Source of the DNA: Trypethelium eluteriae
Lineage: Eukaryota
DNA: 59,355 nt
Reading direction: 5' to 3'
NCBI GenBank assembly: GCA_051942245.1
Contig: JAVECL010000080.1
Location: forward strand, 1-59,355
Shown here: piece after piece, positions 12,237-24,053 of the stretch
Layout of the letters: each line of letters begins with the position of its first letter
Numbering within the stretch: position 1 is the stretch's first letter
Notes under the pieces: generated by a model
What the model saw: only the letters and a program-made list of their open reading frames with translations
Told to the model about the DNA's origin: nothing
The model's database searches: none
Position numbers and translations under genes: made by a program

Positions 12237-13016
12237 GGAAAATTATCAAGGATAAAGTAACCTCATACAAAATTCATTTCTGCTTTTGGAGGTGAGTTAT
12301 GCACGGATGTAAGGTAACTTGAGCGCCGATTCAGCAGCCGAAGCCGTGGCTGAGGCGCTGAGACAGCCCGAATACGATAGAGTACACCCTAAGCTGCGGT
12401 GAGCCAGGATAGGCACAGCGCGAGCTAGCTTGATCTGACTATAATGATACCTGAATCTGGAACTTCTTTCTTTGGGCAAATGACCGCAGTTCCCAAAGTT
12501 GGACTTCAGAGCTTGCAGAGATCGATTGTCCAATGTTCTCGCGGTATTGAAGGGACGTTGGAGCACCGTAGATACCGTACTTCGATACCTGTTACCCGCA
12601 ACCATCGCGCCTGCGACAAAGAATGCGCATGATGAGGCCGCCGATCTTGATGGCCTTGACTGGATCTCGCCAATAGCCTTTACTCGATACATTCAGGGCC
12701 GCTCTCAACGTATCGGCATTATCCCATTGCTGGAACAAAGGACTGCCGCTGTCTAACAGTCACTTCAAAATGATTGCCGCAAACGACCGTTGACAAAAGA
12801 TTGATTGCGTTTATTTCCAATCTGGCAGTCCGCATCCGGTGCCTGCTGCTTTCAGGCTGTCATGACAAGCAAATCTAGTCGAGGTTGTCCTTCATTGATC
12901 CTGTTGGCAGGGCCTTTATAAAAGGGGGGTTTATTTGCTCTGAAACTTGAGTATTACTCGAGCTTGAATCCAAGTCAATTCCAAGTCAATTCCATCTGAT
13001 AACACAAACAATCAAT

Positions 13017-14750
13017 ATGCCTCATAGAGACAGTTTCCGGGATTCCCTTGTCTGTGGTATATGTGGCGTGACTGACCACAACTATGAAAGATGTATTCGC
13101 TTTTTCAGAGAACGTAAATACTCAACTGACCGTGTACCACCCGGCTTAGTCAAAATCCGTCATTTCGACGGGACCGATTACTTTTGGGATATTGGACACC
13201 ATTTATTGCTTTCGGATTGCAAAGTCCGAGAGGATCAAGAGAATAGCTCCACTGATGAAAGCGATGTGGTCAGCCTCGTAGAGAGCTGTCACATTCAAGA
13301 CCATGATTCTCAACTTAACTACGGAAAGGATTCTCAAGGGATTGCAGATACTCTTGGATCTTTTGCATTCTCTTCTCAGAAACCCAAACCGCAAAACGGT
13401 GCGCAAGGGACGAACCTGTACCCGTTCAACTCTGCTCTAAGCCTGAAATATCTTTCGGATGCCGTTTTCCCAGAGCCTTTGCACCAATGGCGAGAAGACA
13501 ATCGAGTTGCCACTCTGTTTGAGAAGCGAGACACCAGTGACGGACCTGATACCCGCGATTACCCAAACCTGGCTTGCCTCAACTGTGGCGCCCTGAAGGA
13601 GCATCAGGCGCAGTGGAATGGAGCAAATCGAGGACTCGTGTTCAATTTTCATCGGACGGGCCCTGATGACTGGTTCTGGTATTTTGGCTCCAAAGCAATC
13701 CTAAAAGAGACAGAACACAAGAATTATGTTGGAACCCAAGAGGCTGCTATCAACTACGTTAGAGAGCATACCACGATTCCTGTCCCTGCTTGGATTCGCG
13801 AATGGCATGAAGGCAACCGGTGCGTGAGCTTACAGGACCGACTACCTGGCATTGATCTGGAGGTCGCTGCTTGGGGGCAGTATACTGGTAGCAAAGATGC
13901 AATTTTAGATGATGAAGAAGTTCAAGCGGTATTTGCTGAAGCCGGTGTATATATGAAGCAGCTGCACGCATTGACATCACCGCGGCCCGAAACTGCGGAC
14001 GGAAGATTGATGCGCAACATGCCCTTCTGGAGACACGTCCCTAAGGCTCATTGGTTCCTGCCACAGTCGCACGAAGAGGCCGTTGAAGATTGGTATCAAA
14101 AGTCACTCACCGGATTCTCGCAGGAGGATTTGCCAGAGCTCGACCGCCTCCGAGAAACTTATCCCCGCGGGGAACCCTACGTCTTTATTCATGGAGATTT
14201 GGCTCAGCCGAATATCTTGGTCGGCCCGGACAAACATCTGAGCGGTATTATTGACTGGGAGTTTGCGGGATTTGCTCCGGTATGATATGAATAACTAGTG
14301 TGAAATTATGAGTACAGGTACTGAAGAAGACAACAGGAATGGTGGGACCGCAGAGCTGCATGCATTGGGGTATTTGAGGAGGAAGAGGCGCCTAGAGCTG
14401 CCATGGAGTGGTATTTGTCGTGGGAAAACCTCTTTCAACCAGGCTGGTCCCGAAGCTTATGGGCCGCAAAGAGACGGCGACACCCGTATAATCGCGACAA
14501 GGAAATACAAGAAGCAACAGATGAGGGCTGGCGGCGGCAGCTTCAAATAGTAGAAGATGAAGACCGTCGAATGGAAGCAAAATGGAATGCAAAAGTGATA
14601 GCGCGTCAACTTCCACCCTACCCCGAAAGCATGCAGGACATGTACCCGCCGAACCACTACATGGATGAAGAGGGAAACTGGATTGAATTTGACACGAAAC
14701 CAATGTACGAGCTTCCAGAATTTGATGTTAGCCGATGTCGTCTGCAATGA
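13017..14750 (+). CDS. APH/phosphotransferase-family kinase-like protein with N-terminal CCHC zinc knuckle; intron 14280-14336
   Basis: EAAINYVREHTTIPVP, FIHGDLAQPNILV and SGIIDWEFAGF. A 57-nt GTATGA...CAACAG intron joins FAP to EWWD and then to ORF 14403..14750 in frame. TATA-like TTTATAAAA near 12915. Confidence 0.82.
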
Positions 14751-14801
14751 TCCTTTACCGTTGAGGATACTTTACCTGTTAGACTTTGTACTTCTTCTCT
14801 T

Positions 14802-15296
14802 CTAAAACCGAATGACCCAATCTGCAGTTTGGCCTCTAATATCAACTTCAAGCAGTAGCTCTCGGCTTGGGCTAGGAGGTGACATAACTTGATGGTCCCA
14901 TTTAAGCCCTGGGCCGGGTTTTGCTTGCACCCAGATCCTAGATCGGTGGTGGATACTTTGTGCGCCGTTGTTCTGAGGCAATGGATTCCATTTCCTGAGT
15001 ATATGGTTCCAATCTGTAGCCAGCATTGCTCCCTGAAGGTTCTGAAAGGTGACGTACTTGCGCGCTCCATCACTCTGCTTTAGCTCCAGGCCTAGTATAT
15101 GGGTTCGAGCTGGTGGATTGATGTTACTAACACCGTTCACCCCTGCCAGCATTATACTCTGGGAAAACCTGTCGCTTCCAGTAGTACAATCGAAAGTGAC
15201 GAGCAATGAAACTCCGTACAGTGGATTTGGTGCGTTGCATTCGTCACAAGTGCTTTGTGGCGTGGGATAACCGCGACCGCATATGAGGCAACGCAT
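14802..15296 (-). CDS. Hypothetical 164-aa protein with N-terminal zinc ribbon (CxxC-x9-CxxC)
   Basis: MRCLICGRGYPTPQSTCDECNAPN; uninterrupted ORF; upstream GTATATAAC box at ~15560-15570 on the minus strand. Confidence 0.55.
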   Translation of the reverse strand: MRCLICGRGYPTPQSTCDECNAPNPLYGVSLLVTFDCTTGSDRFSQSIMLAGVNGVSNINPPARTHILGLELKQSDGARKYVTFQNLQGAMLATDWNHILRKWNPLPQNNGAQSIHHRSRIWVQAKPGPGLKWDHQVMSPPSPSRELLLEVDIRGQTADWVIRF

Positions 15297-16734
15297 GAGG
15301 GACAGATGGCCGGGATGAGAGCTGAGAAGGACCTGAAAATAGATTCTTTTTTGGTGGCGGTCGCGGATGTTGCGTCGCTATTGAGAAGAGAAGAAGGGTC
15401 GTGAATGTTGATATCGGTTGCGAACTTTACGTTGCTATTGAGAAGAATAATTTTGAACGTTGATAGTGGGTTGCGAAATGTTGTATTGTGATTGAGAGAT
15501 AGGATTGTGGATGTTGATGTCGGACGGAGAGTTGTATTCTTGCTCTCAGGGGCATTCATGTTATATACAAGGGTAGCTTCGAAAGAGACTGTATAGTGGC
15601 CTTCGCAAGCCATACCATAAAGCAATCAGTCCAGAGTCCGGATGAGACAAGTCTGCATTAATGTCTCACTGTTGATTGCTCTGGTACGAGAGACCAGACC
15701 AGTCTAGGTTTTGGAATCCCCTGAGTAGTCCAGCCAAGTGAGTTGCAATCACCTCTTGCCCCGATTTTTGACTGAGTAGATGTCTAGGTATGAGGTCTTC
15801 AGAGATAGTAAGCTGCGAACTTAGTGTGAGACCTGGTGGATATCAGGCGAATCAGATCAACAGGAATTGACCGTGCCCCTACGAGCCTTTGTTCATGAAC
15901 AAGTGAGTTTTTGAGACAGGGTTTCTGCATGCAGTCGCATGGCTGCATGCGTACTGGGAACATGCATACACATAAAGGGAGCAATTCCGATGCTTGAAAC
16001 CAAGGTACCTGGCTGCCATTATTGCGAGGAGTTGGATTGCGGATTTTCGGGGAAGGGCAATGCTTTCGGAAACTTATGCGAACTGAAGAATTATTCTGAA
16101 TGGTGGGAAATGATTGATATGAGTGTTTGTCTATCTCTCCAAGGACACCAGTGAACGGCTTCCTTTACCTTTCATGGCTTCAATCAGTCTTGGGGATCCA
16201 ATTTCGAGGCCCCTACAATAGTCGCGTAAACTTGGTAACATTTTACTGAGGACGGCTTAAGAGTACAGGGTGCCTAGATTTGGGATACCGTACGAAGCAA
16301 GACTGAGTAGGTCGTGAGCACGGTTGATTGAGCTTAGACAACGTTTGAGCACAGCTGATACGATAATAATTGGGCACAGCTGAGTAGAGCGTATCTAAGC
16401 AGTGGCGGTGATGCTGAGAAATGTAGATCAGAGCCCAAAACAGACGATCAATTCGTGGAGTGGTAGGTTAGAGAACCTAAGAACCTAGGACCTAAGGAAC
16501 TACCTCACTCTACTAGGTACCTTAGGTACCTTAGCGTGGAGGTTCCGTCGACGTGCCACAGGGCCACAGGGGTATCGTACAAGCCTGAGCCGAGGTTGAG
16601 CCAGGCGTGCCTAATTTTGCCGAGTCAGTACGTCGATACCACTAACCCAGCTGGGTAGATGGCAAGGTCACTTTGTCTGCGACCATAGCGACGAAAGAAA
16701 TCGTCACGACCCTCGTGGGTGGCAAGACCTCTTC

Positions 16735-16911
16735 TGCCGCGTCTTATCTATGGGATGTATGGCGTTCCCAACCACAAGATCGGCCTTCAAGGAGGAAGAT
16801 AAGAGATTGTCTGAAACTTTGAGCTACAATGAAGCTAAGCAAGAAACTTATCATCATCGCGAAGATGTCTATGTTTGCAGACGTTGTTCGGAAGGCCGCT
16901 AGGAAGATTAG
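16735..16911 (+). repeat. Second copy of the ~180-bp diverged repeat (partner of 12012-12188)
   Basis: Shared blocks TCTGCCGCGTCTTATC, ACTTTGAGCTACA, AAGCAAGAAA and CGTTGTTCG at identical spacing. Confidence 0.85.
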
Positions 16912-17140
16912 GACAGACCTTATTTTTAAGAGTTCTGACGTAAATCTTTTCATATTTGAGTGGGGTTCCTGGTGGAGTCAAGGAAGCCCCTGCGGCCAAT
17001 CTTAGCCCCGACACTGTAATATCTACGCATGATAGGGAAGGGCTAAGACTTTCAAAGTGAAGAAACTGCAGGTAGGATCTCCGCCACCTGGTCTCATTTC
17101 CAGAGTTTTGCTTAGCATCAGCGTAAATCGAAGTCGCAAG

Positions 17141-19116
17141 ATGACTGTTCAAGATTATCATATGTGGGTTGGCGGTGTTGAAAAACATGGAAACGGGGAA
17201 AAGTCCGTCTGCTATCAGATAAGCTCGCAGGTCAAGATTGAAACACTGACAGAATTTAAGAATATCGGTAGAAGATCCATCGAACCGTCAGATCTTAGCT
17301 CGGTATTGTGAACGTTGTTAAATACCTCTAGACAGAGAGTCGCAGGACTAAGCCGCCGTAGTTGCGATACGTCTACCCCAGAAGACGTTGACGAAGCAGT
17401 GCGGATTGCTCATGAGACCTTTCGATCAGGAATTTGGTCGAGAGCACCGCGCCAGTTCCGCGCTGATGTGCTTGACCGGATCGCTGATGTGTTGCAGGCT
17501 AATATTGTGCCGCTAATTACCCTCGAGGTGCACCAGACTGGTAGAGCCTGTCGTGAGATGAAGGCTCAGGTCCCATCACTTATTAAATGGTTCAAGTATT
17601 TTAGCTCGATACTCAGGACTGAAGAAAGACCCGTGTTACCAACGTCGGGCAATTTGCATAACTGGGTTGATCGGGTCCCTATCGGGGTGGTTGCACAAAT
17701 TACTCCATTGTAAGAAATTCATTACCTTTAGGTAAATTGTGGATTACAATCTTCTGCTGACCATTGCTAGTAATCATCCGCTACTCATAGCTACGAAAAA
17801 AATCGCACCGGCCCTCGCGGGTGGCAACTCCATTGTTCTGAAGCCTTCGGAGTTGACCCCCATAACAAGTGTTCTACTGGGAAAGCTGTTCAAAGATGCA
17901 GGATGTACGTTCTTGATGCGCGGTTCTTTGACGAAGCTAACCCGTTGCAGTACCGGACGGAGTATTTAACGTTATTAATGGCTTTGGCAATATTACCGGA
18001 AAATCGCTTGTCCAACACCCTCTCGTGGCTAAGATCGACATTACCGTAGGCTAAGCTCGGCTTGCTGATGCAACTGCAATCGTTGACAATGACAGGGAAG
18101 CACAAACGCAGGAAGGGCACTTGGTGCGACTGCCGGGCAAAAGCTGAATTCCTTCACGGCAGAGTTAGGTGGCAAGGCACCTCTTGTCGTCTTCGGTACG
18201 TATATTCTTGCTTCCACTGCACCTTCTCGAATTTATATTACTCAGAGCAAGCGAATCTGGATCTCGCCGTCAATGGTATAGCCTTTGCGTCCTTCATTGC
18301 AAGTGGCCAGACCTGCATCGCAGCCACCCGTATTCTGGTGCAGAACTCCATCATGCCTCAGCTTCTCCCTAAGCTCAAGGCAAAGTGCGAATCTGTTACA
18401 AGACGAATGGGTAAACCAACCTCTGAAGAATGCACAATGGGCCCCCTAATCTCTGAGCGTCAGCTCAAGGGCGTCGCCTCCATCGTCGATGAAGCAGTCT
18501 TACAGGGTGTCACTGTACTCTGTGGCGGTACTATATTAACAGGGAGGTCGTATATTGACGATCAGGACTTTGGCGAAGGATATTACTATCCGCCAACTGT
18601 CCTAGTTGATGGCTCGAGCGCGAAGATTCTGGATACACGATTGTGGAGAGAGGAAGCGTTTGGGCCAGTGATCGTCGTGGTTGGGTTCGACAATGAGGAC
18701 GACTCTGTCCGATTGTCCAACGATAGCGAATTTGGTTTAGGAGCGGCGCTATGGACGACTGATCTTTCGCAAGCCTTCAGAGTCTCGCAGCGTATCGACG
18801 CTGGAATTGTATGGGGTGAGAGATCTTGAGCCCGATCGTAATGTTATTGCCGCTGATACCATAGCTTCTAGTGAACACACATCATCGGAATGATCCAAGT
18901 AGTCCGTGGGGCGGCATAGGTAGCTCCGGTGTGGGAAGTGAGAATGGCATCGGTAGGTTGATGAATGCCGAAATCATGCTGGACTGATGATGAATAGACG
19001 CCTATCACTCCTACACGAAGATGAAGAGCACGATAATCAATTATGCATCGCCGGAGGAAAGCCTCGAAAACGAGGATTGGTTCCGAGAAGGAAGCGGTGA
19101 GGTCAGGTACAATTGA
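17141..19116 (+). CDS. NAD(P)-dependent aldehyde dehydrogenase, multi-exon
   Basis: Spliced reading gives ITPFNHPL, KPSE, ITGST, ELGGKAP, SGQTC (catalytic Cys), EEAFGPV, SEFGL and SPWGG; canonical splice sites; ends RYN*. Confidence 0.92.
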
Positions 19117-19239
19117 AAGCCTTCGAGTTGAAAAAGCTTGGATCGAGATAGTGACAGTCTCTTGACTCAACAAGGCTGTAAAAAACTGAAATCTGATATT
19201 ATTCAACTGAAGCAGGCACAAAAGGTCCAAGGTCAGGAT

Positions 19240-20531
19240 GATTGTTCAAAGAAGGTACGCGTAAAGATGTAAAAAGGAAGATAATCTATCTTACGGGGCT
19301 TGTGATCAATGCCTATCGGAGCCATTCAGGTAACTCCGCCATCGGTAAAGCTACTCAAGAGGTCGTAGGCCTCTCTGGCAGCACAGTGTATAGTGGCGAC
19401 CTTTGTTACCAGATCCGTCCTCGCCCATGCGTCCACAGGTGATTTGATCTCGCCAGCTCCATCCAAGTCCATCTTGACCATAGTCAACTGATCGATTGCA
19501 TTGATCTTTTCAGCAATTCACAGAAAACTGTCGTTTCATGGTATTGCAAGAGCGATCAAGAAACATCCTGACCATGTGACGTCGGACCGTGCCTTATCTC
19601 GGTTATTCGTCCTCAAGAGCTGTCAAGTCCCTTGGACGATTGAAGTCAGGGAAGTGGGCTTCATTCAGGCACTTCGCTGAACCATTTACACTCTTTTCTC
19701 ACCGCCTGTCCAAAGCGCGCAGAAGATCGGACTCACCAACCTGACGTCCACCATAGACCAGAAACGACCAATTGTTGTACATCCAAGATCGGTATGCTTT
19801 GACGATAATATGGTCAGTCTATCCGAACTGTGGAATCGCATACGTTGCGTTTTTGTCTGAGCATGATCTCCTTTTTCTAGTAGTTCTGCTGACGTTCCAT
19901 CCTTGATCACGCCGTTCCAGTCTACTTGTACCAGAATCAGGCCATTCCCGTGGTAGCTGACATCATTTACAACCAAGGACCTTCTCCAAGAAAGCTTATT
20001 GTTGTCATGATGTCGTAGAGAATGGAGTCGAGATGCTTCATCAACAGCTGCAACTTCTGTCTCGGACACCGATCCTTCTGGGCGAGCTATGAGCCCTTGT
20101 GCAGGAAGATCGACTTAACTTGGACTGGGACCTCGCGTAAGTCGCTCCATGTCGATACCGTTGACCGCATTGAGATCAATCAAGTAGCCGATATTAGGTA
20201 TCGTTTCGGACGACCTGCCGTACTACTTCTCGTCTCCTTTCTTTCTCGTCCCTTCGGTCGTGCCATATATGTCGACATCTTCTCTACAGCTGTTGCTCTC
20301 TTCATCATTGTTACCTTCACCGTCGTCCCCGTCATCATCACTATCGTTGCCATCGTTGCCGTTGACAGCACTGCGTCTGTAGCTATTCTGCACTTCAGAT
20401 CCACCTCGGGACACGTTATAACGTGCGTTAGCTGGAAGCAGTTCCACGTCTGCGAGTGGAATGATCAGTTGATCCACGTTACAACGGTCGTCGTCGTCAG
20501 TCATAAGAGGAGGATTCCGATTTTTCTCCAA
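19240..20531 (-). pseudogene. Possible decayed gene of unknown family (acidic low-complexity N-terminus)
   Basis: Consecutive minus-strand fragments (20223..20531, 19686..20069 and further stop-interrupted runs to ~19240); no recognisable motif. Confidence 0.25.
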
Positions 20532-20603
20532 CCATGGCTAATAACAGCAGCCGAGTAGAATCATTCGTTGAGTTCAAGTCTTGAAAGCATTCATCCACTG
20601 ATG

Positions 20604-21111
20604 CTATGCCCTCGTAGGGTCAACCCAAGGAAGTAGAACTATAAAGGCTAAGAGAAATAAGAGATAAACCAGCAATCCAATGCTAGGGTTCAGCCCTACA
20701 CCAGTGCTGACGCCAGTCTGCGACGCGCTTAAAGTCGGAGAAGAGAGAGGCGAAGACGACGTGAAGGAGAGAGGTACTAGCAATGTAATTAGCACTGGTC
20801 AAATCAGCGGTCAAAATGTATGCGATTCAATTACCAGTAGAAGTCGCAATATTCCCCGTAGAAGTTGCATCACCAGGCGAGAAGAGCGACCGTCGAGAAG
20901 TATCTGAAGTCACAAACCCCCACATATCGCTTTCACTTAACGAGGATATCGATTGACTAGGAGAGTCCGAAGTCGCGATGGACACTCGATTGCTTGATGA
21001 AAAGAGCGAGCGGCGAGGGGAGTTTGGATCATCTGAAGTCACGAAGGACCACAAATCCGCAGATGAGCCAGTCGACGGAAGAGGGGCGCTTGTCTTAAGT
21101 GGAGTTCCCAT
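20604..21111 (-). CDS. Hypothetical Ser/Thr-rich protein with internal repeat and C-terminal transmembrane helix; putative 40-nt intron 20795-20834
   Basis: GTAATT...GCTGAT...CAG joins ORF 20827..21111 in frame to 20604..20795; repeat D(L/M)W(S/G)FVTSD..RRSLFS occurs twice; hydrophobic tail IGLLVYLLFLLAFIVLLPWV. Confidence 0.4.
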
Positions 21112-21540
21112 GTCGCAAACGACCTTTTGGATAAGTCTAGTGCAAGTCTGCTTGCAGGACGCGACTCAAGTGAAAGAAAAGAGTGTGCTCATCGACACTA
21201 AGTATTTCAAGTCTGGAGCAACGAGAGCCCTGACTTGCGCACTCTGTTTCCTCCTCCTGACCAAAGCACATAGGAGTCTCCAGGCGCTGAATTTTGGTAG
21301 AGAGCACCTCGGTTTGTGGTATTAAGTGTTGCTCGCCTCTGAACGTGACTGCGGCATGCAGTTTGATTTGCCGACGCCGACTTCCATCGCTCAAGTCGGT
21401 CGTCTTTCTCGCTTCACGCTTTGACCGATCACCTCCGCTACTAGAGTATTCTGCACTGATGTACCCTTCGCCATGATCTTCGCCACCCTCTCTTTTTCTA
21501 CTCGTCATGCTGGAGAGCTATTGTTCCTCAGACTCTCGAT

Positions 21541-24053
21541 ATGGGACGGTGGCTAGCTTTCATTTTAAGCCCAGCGCTCGCCGCTGCCCAGAATGTCGAC
21601 TACACTCAATACGTCCAGATTTTGTGAGCACATCCCGTTGTGGTCCCCTATCTAAATTCTCGCTGACTTTGAGTACAGCATGGGCACTGAGAATGGAGGA
21701 AATATGTTTCCCGGTGTTGTGCGCCCTTTTGGCATGACGAAGCTTGGTACGGATTAGCACAGTGCGGCACGAACGACAGCGCGCTGATGATTCAGGGCCT
21801 GATCTCTACACCGGGAGCGATGCGTATTCAGGCTACTTGCCGTCAGGCAATGTCACTGGTTTTACCATGATGCATGAGAGCGGCACCGGAGGTACGCAGG
21901 CAACAGATGAATTGGACGGCGTGCTAAGCGCAGGCAGGTGCCCCGAAATATGGCGTTGTGCATCAGATGCCTGTGGCAGGCCTGGTCTCAAACCCTCTGA
22001 TCGATCTCTCTCAGCCACGCGCATCCGCCGATCAAGGGAGTGTGGGCACGTACAATACTACACTAGTGAATGGTATTCAGATTTCTCTTGCAGCGAGCGA
22101 GCACGCTGGTATCATGAGCTACAAATTTCCCAACGGGTCTGCAAGCATTGTCGTTGATGTCTCTCATGTTCTACCTAGCTTTCGAGGTCTCGGGCTCAGT
22201 CAGGGCTATGCTGGTGGAAGTGTGCAGGTGTTTGCTGATGGACACTACGAAACCTCAGGCGTCTACAATAACGGCTGGAACGAGGGTAAGGTCACATGCG
22301 TCACCTTGTCTTAAAAACCCGCTTCGTCATCTTCTTGCTAATTGTCGAAGCTCCGGACTGGAAAATCTATGCCTGCGGCCGCTTCAACGTTGAGCCCGCC
22401 ACTATGAAGGTCTTCTCGGGAATTAACACCACTTTGATTAGTTATGGCGAGACTAACAGCACGTCTTCCATCACGAACCGCGTTGGCGTTGTCTACAGTT
22501 TCAAAAACGGAACTCAAGCTGTCGAGTCAAGAGTAGGAATATCATGGATATCTTCGGCCAAGGCCTGCAGCTACATCAGCTCGGAGTTGCCGAGTTCAAA
22601 GTCTTTGGCCCAAGTCCAAAGCGAAACGCAATCTTTTTGGAACTCCGAGGTCCTATCGAAGATCACCACGACAATTACCGACCTGCCAACACTGCAACTA
22701 CTGTACAGCTCACTGTATGGCATGACCCTGATCCCTTCAAATCGCACTGGTGAGAATCCGCTGTGGGATTCTCTCGAGCCATATTATGATGACGATTTCA
22801 CGTTTTGGGATTTGCATCGCTGTTCCACCGCACTCATGCAAGTGCTACAGCCCATTGCTTACGAAGAGCAGATCAGGTCCCTAATTGACATTTGGCGTCA
22901 TGCTGGATGGATGCCGGATGCACGCTCATCAAATTACAATGGCCGTACTCAAGGCGGCTCAAATTGCGACAATGTATTGGCTGATGCCTACGTGAAGGGA
23001 GTTCGCGGGGCAGTAAACTGGACAGACGGATATTCAGCCATGGTCAAGGATGCCGAAGTAACGCCTCCAAACAATGGCGACCCGCAGGCGCCAGACTCCT
23101 CAGATCAGCAAGGACGCGGAGCGTTGCCCGATTGGCTCAAGTACGGCTACATCACTCCAACGTACTCTCGAGCAGTTACGCGCGCAGTTGAATACTCAGT
23201 GAATGACTTTTCGTTGAGCCAGGTTGCCCAAGGCTTGGGAAACCAAGCCGACTACCGGAAATATCTGTCGCGCTCCCATAATTGGCGCAATCACTGGAGC
23301 TCAGGCGTATCTTCACTGGGATTTACAGGCTTCTTGGTGCCGCGCAGCGCCAACGGGACATTTATTGCCCAGGATCCTCTGTCTTGTGGAGGTTGCTATT
23401 GGGGCGACGCATACTACGAGGCATTGCCCTGGGAATACAGCTTCGGTATGACCCATGACATCGCAACGCTCGTCAATTTTACGGGGGGTCCCCAGAAATT
23501 TGTGCAAAAGCTGGAGGCGATGTTTCAACCAGGCAATAACCCAGCGAGTAGTACAGGGAGCTCGCAATTCAATTACACTATCTTCAATCCGAGTAATGAA
23601 CCCGACTTTACGACTGCCTACCTCTTCCACTATGGCGGTAGACCAGACCTCAGCCTCAAGTACTCACGTCACGTTGCGAGGACATATTACAATGCCGGTA
23701 ATTCAGGCTTGCCGGGCAATAGTGATGCCGGCGCTATGCAGACATGGCTCTTATGGAATATGATTGGCCTTTATCCCTTGACTACTACGACGACCTTTCT
23801 GATCCACGCACCCTGGTTCAGTATGACGATCAACCTTGGTAATGGCAAGGTGCTCAACATTACTACTGTGGGTGGTGATGTAGACTCGGCATTCTATGTG
23901 CAACAGCTGCTCGTCAACGGCCAACCTTGGCGCAAAAGTTGGTTGACCTGGAACGACGTGTTTGCGAATGGCGGTAGTATGGAGTTCACACTTGGAGAAC
24001 AGCCTAGCCAGTGGTTCGATGGCCCGCTACCGCCGAGCCCGGGGTCCCTTTAA
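21541..24053 (+). CDS. Secreted GH92 alpha-1,2-mannosidase; introns 21624-21678, 21747-21795, 21892-21937, 22286-22350
   Basis: Signal peptide MGRWLAFILSPALAAA; GGNMFPG, MHESGTGGAPKYG, RTQGGSN, SNEP and GNSDAGAM motifs typical of GH92. Confidence 0.92.

Noticed and set aside
14280..14336. Four in-frame stops after FAGFAPV suggesting the APH kinase is a RIP-damaged pseudogene
   Set aside because: They lie within a 57-nt GTATGA...CAG intron; splicing gives the family-like FAPEWWD and an open frame.
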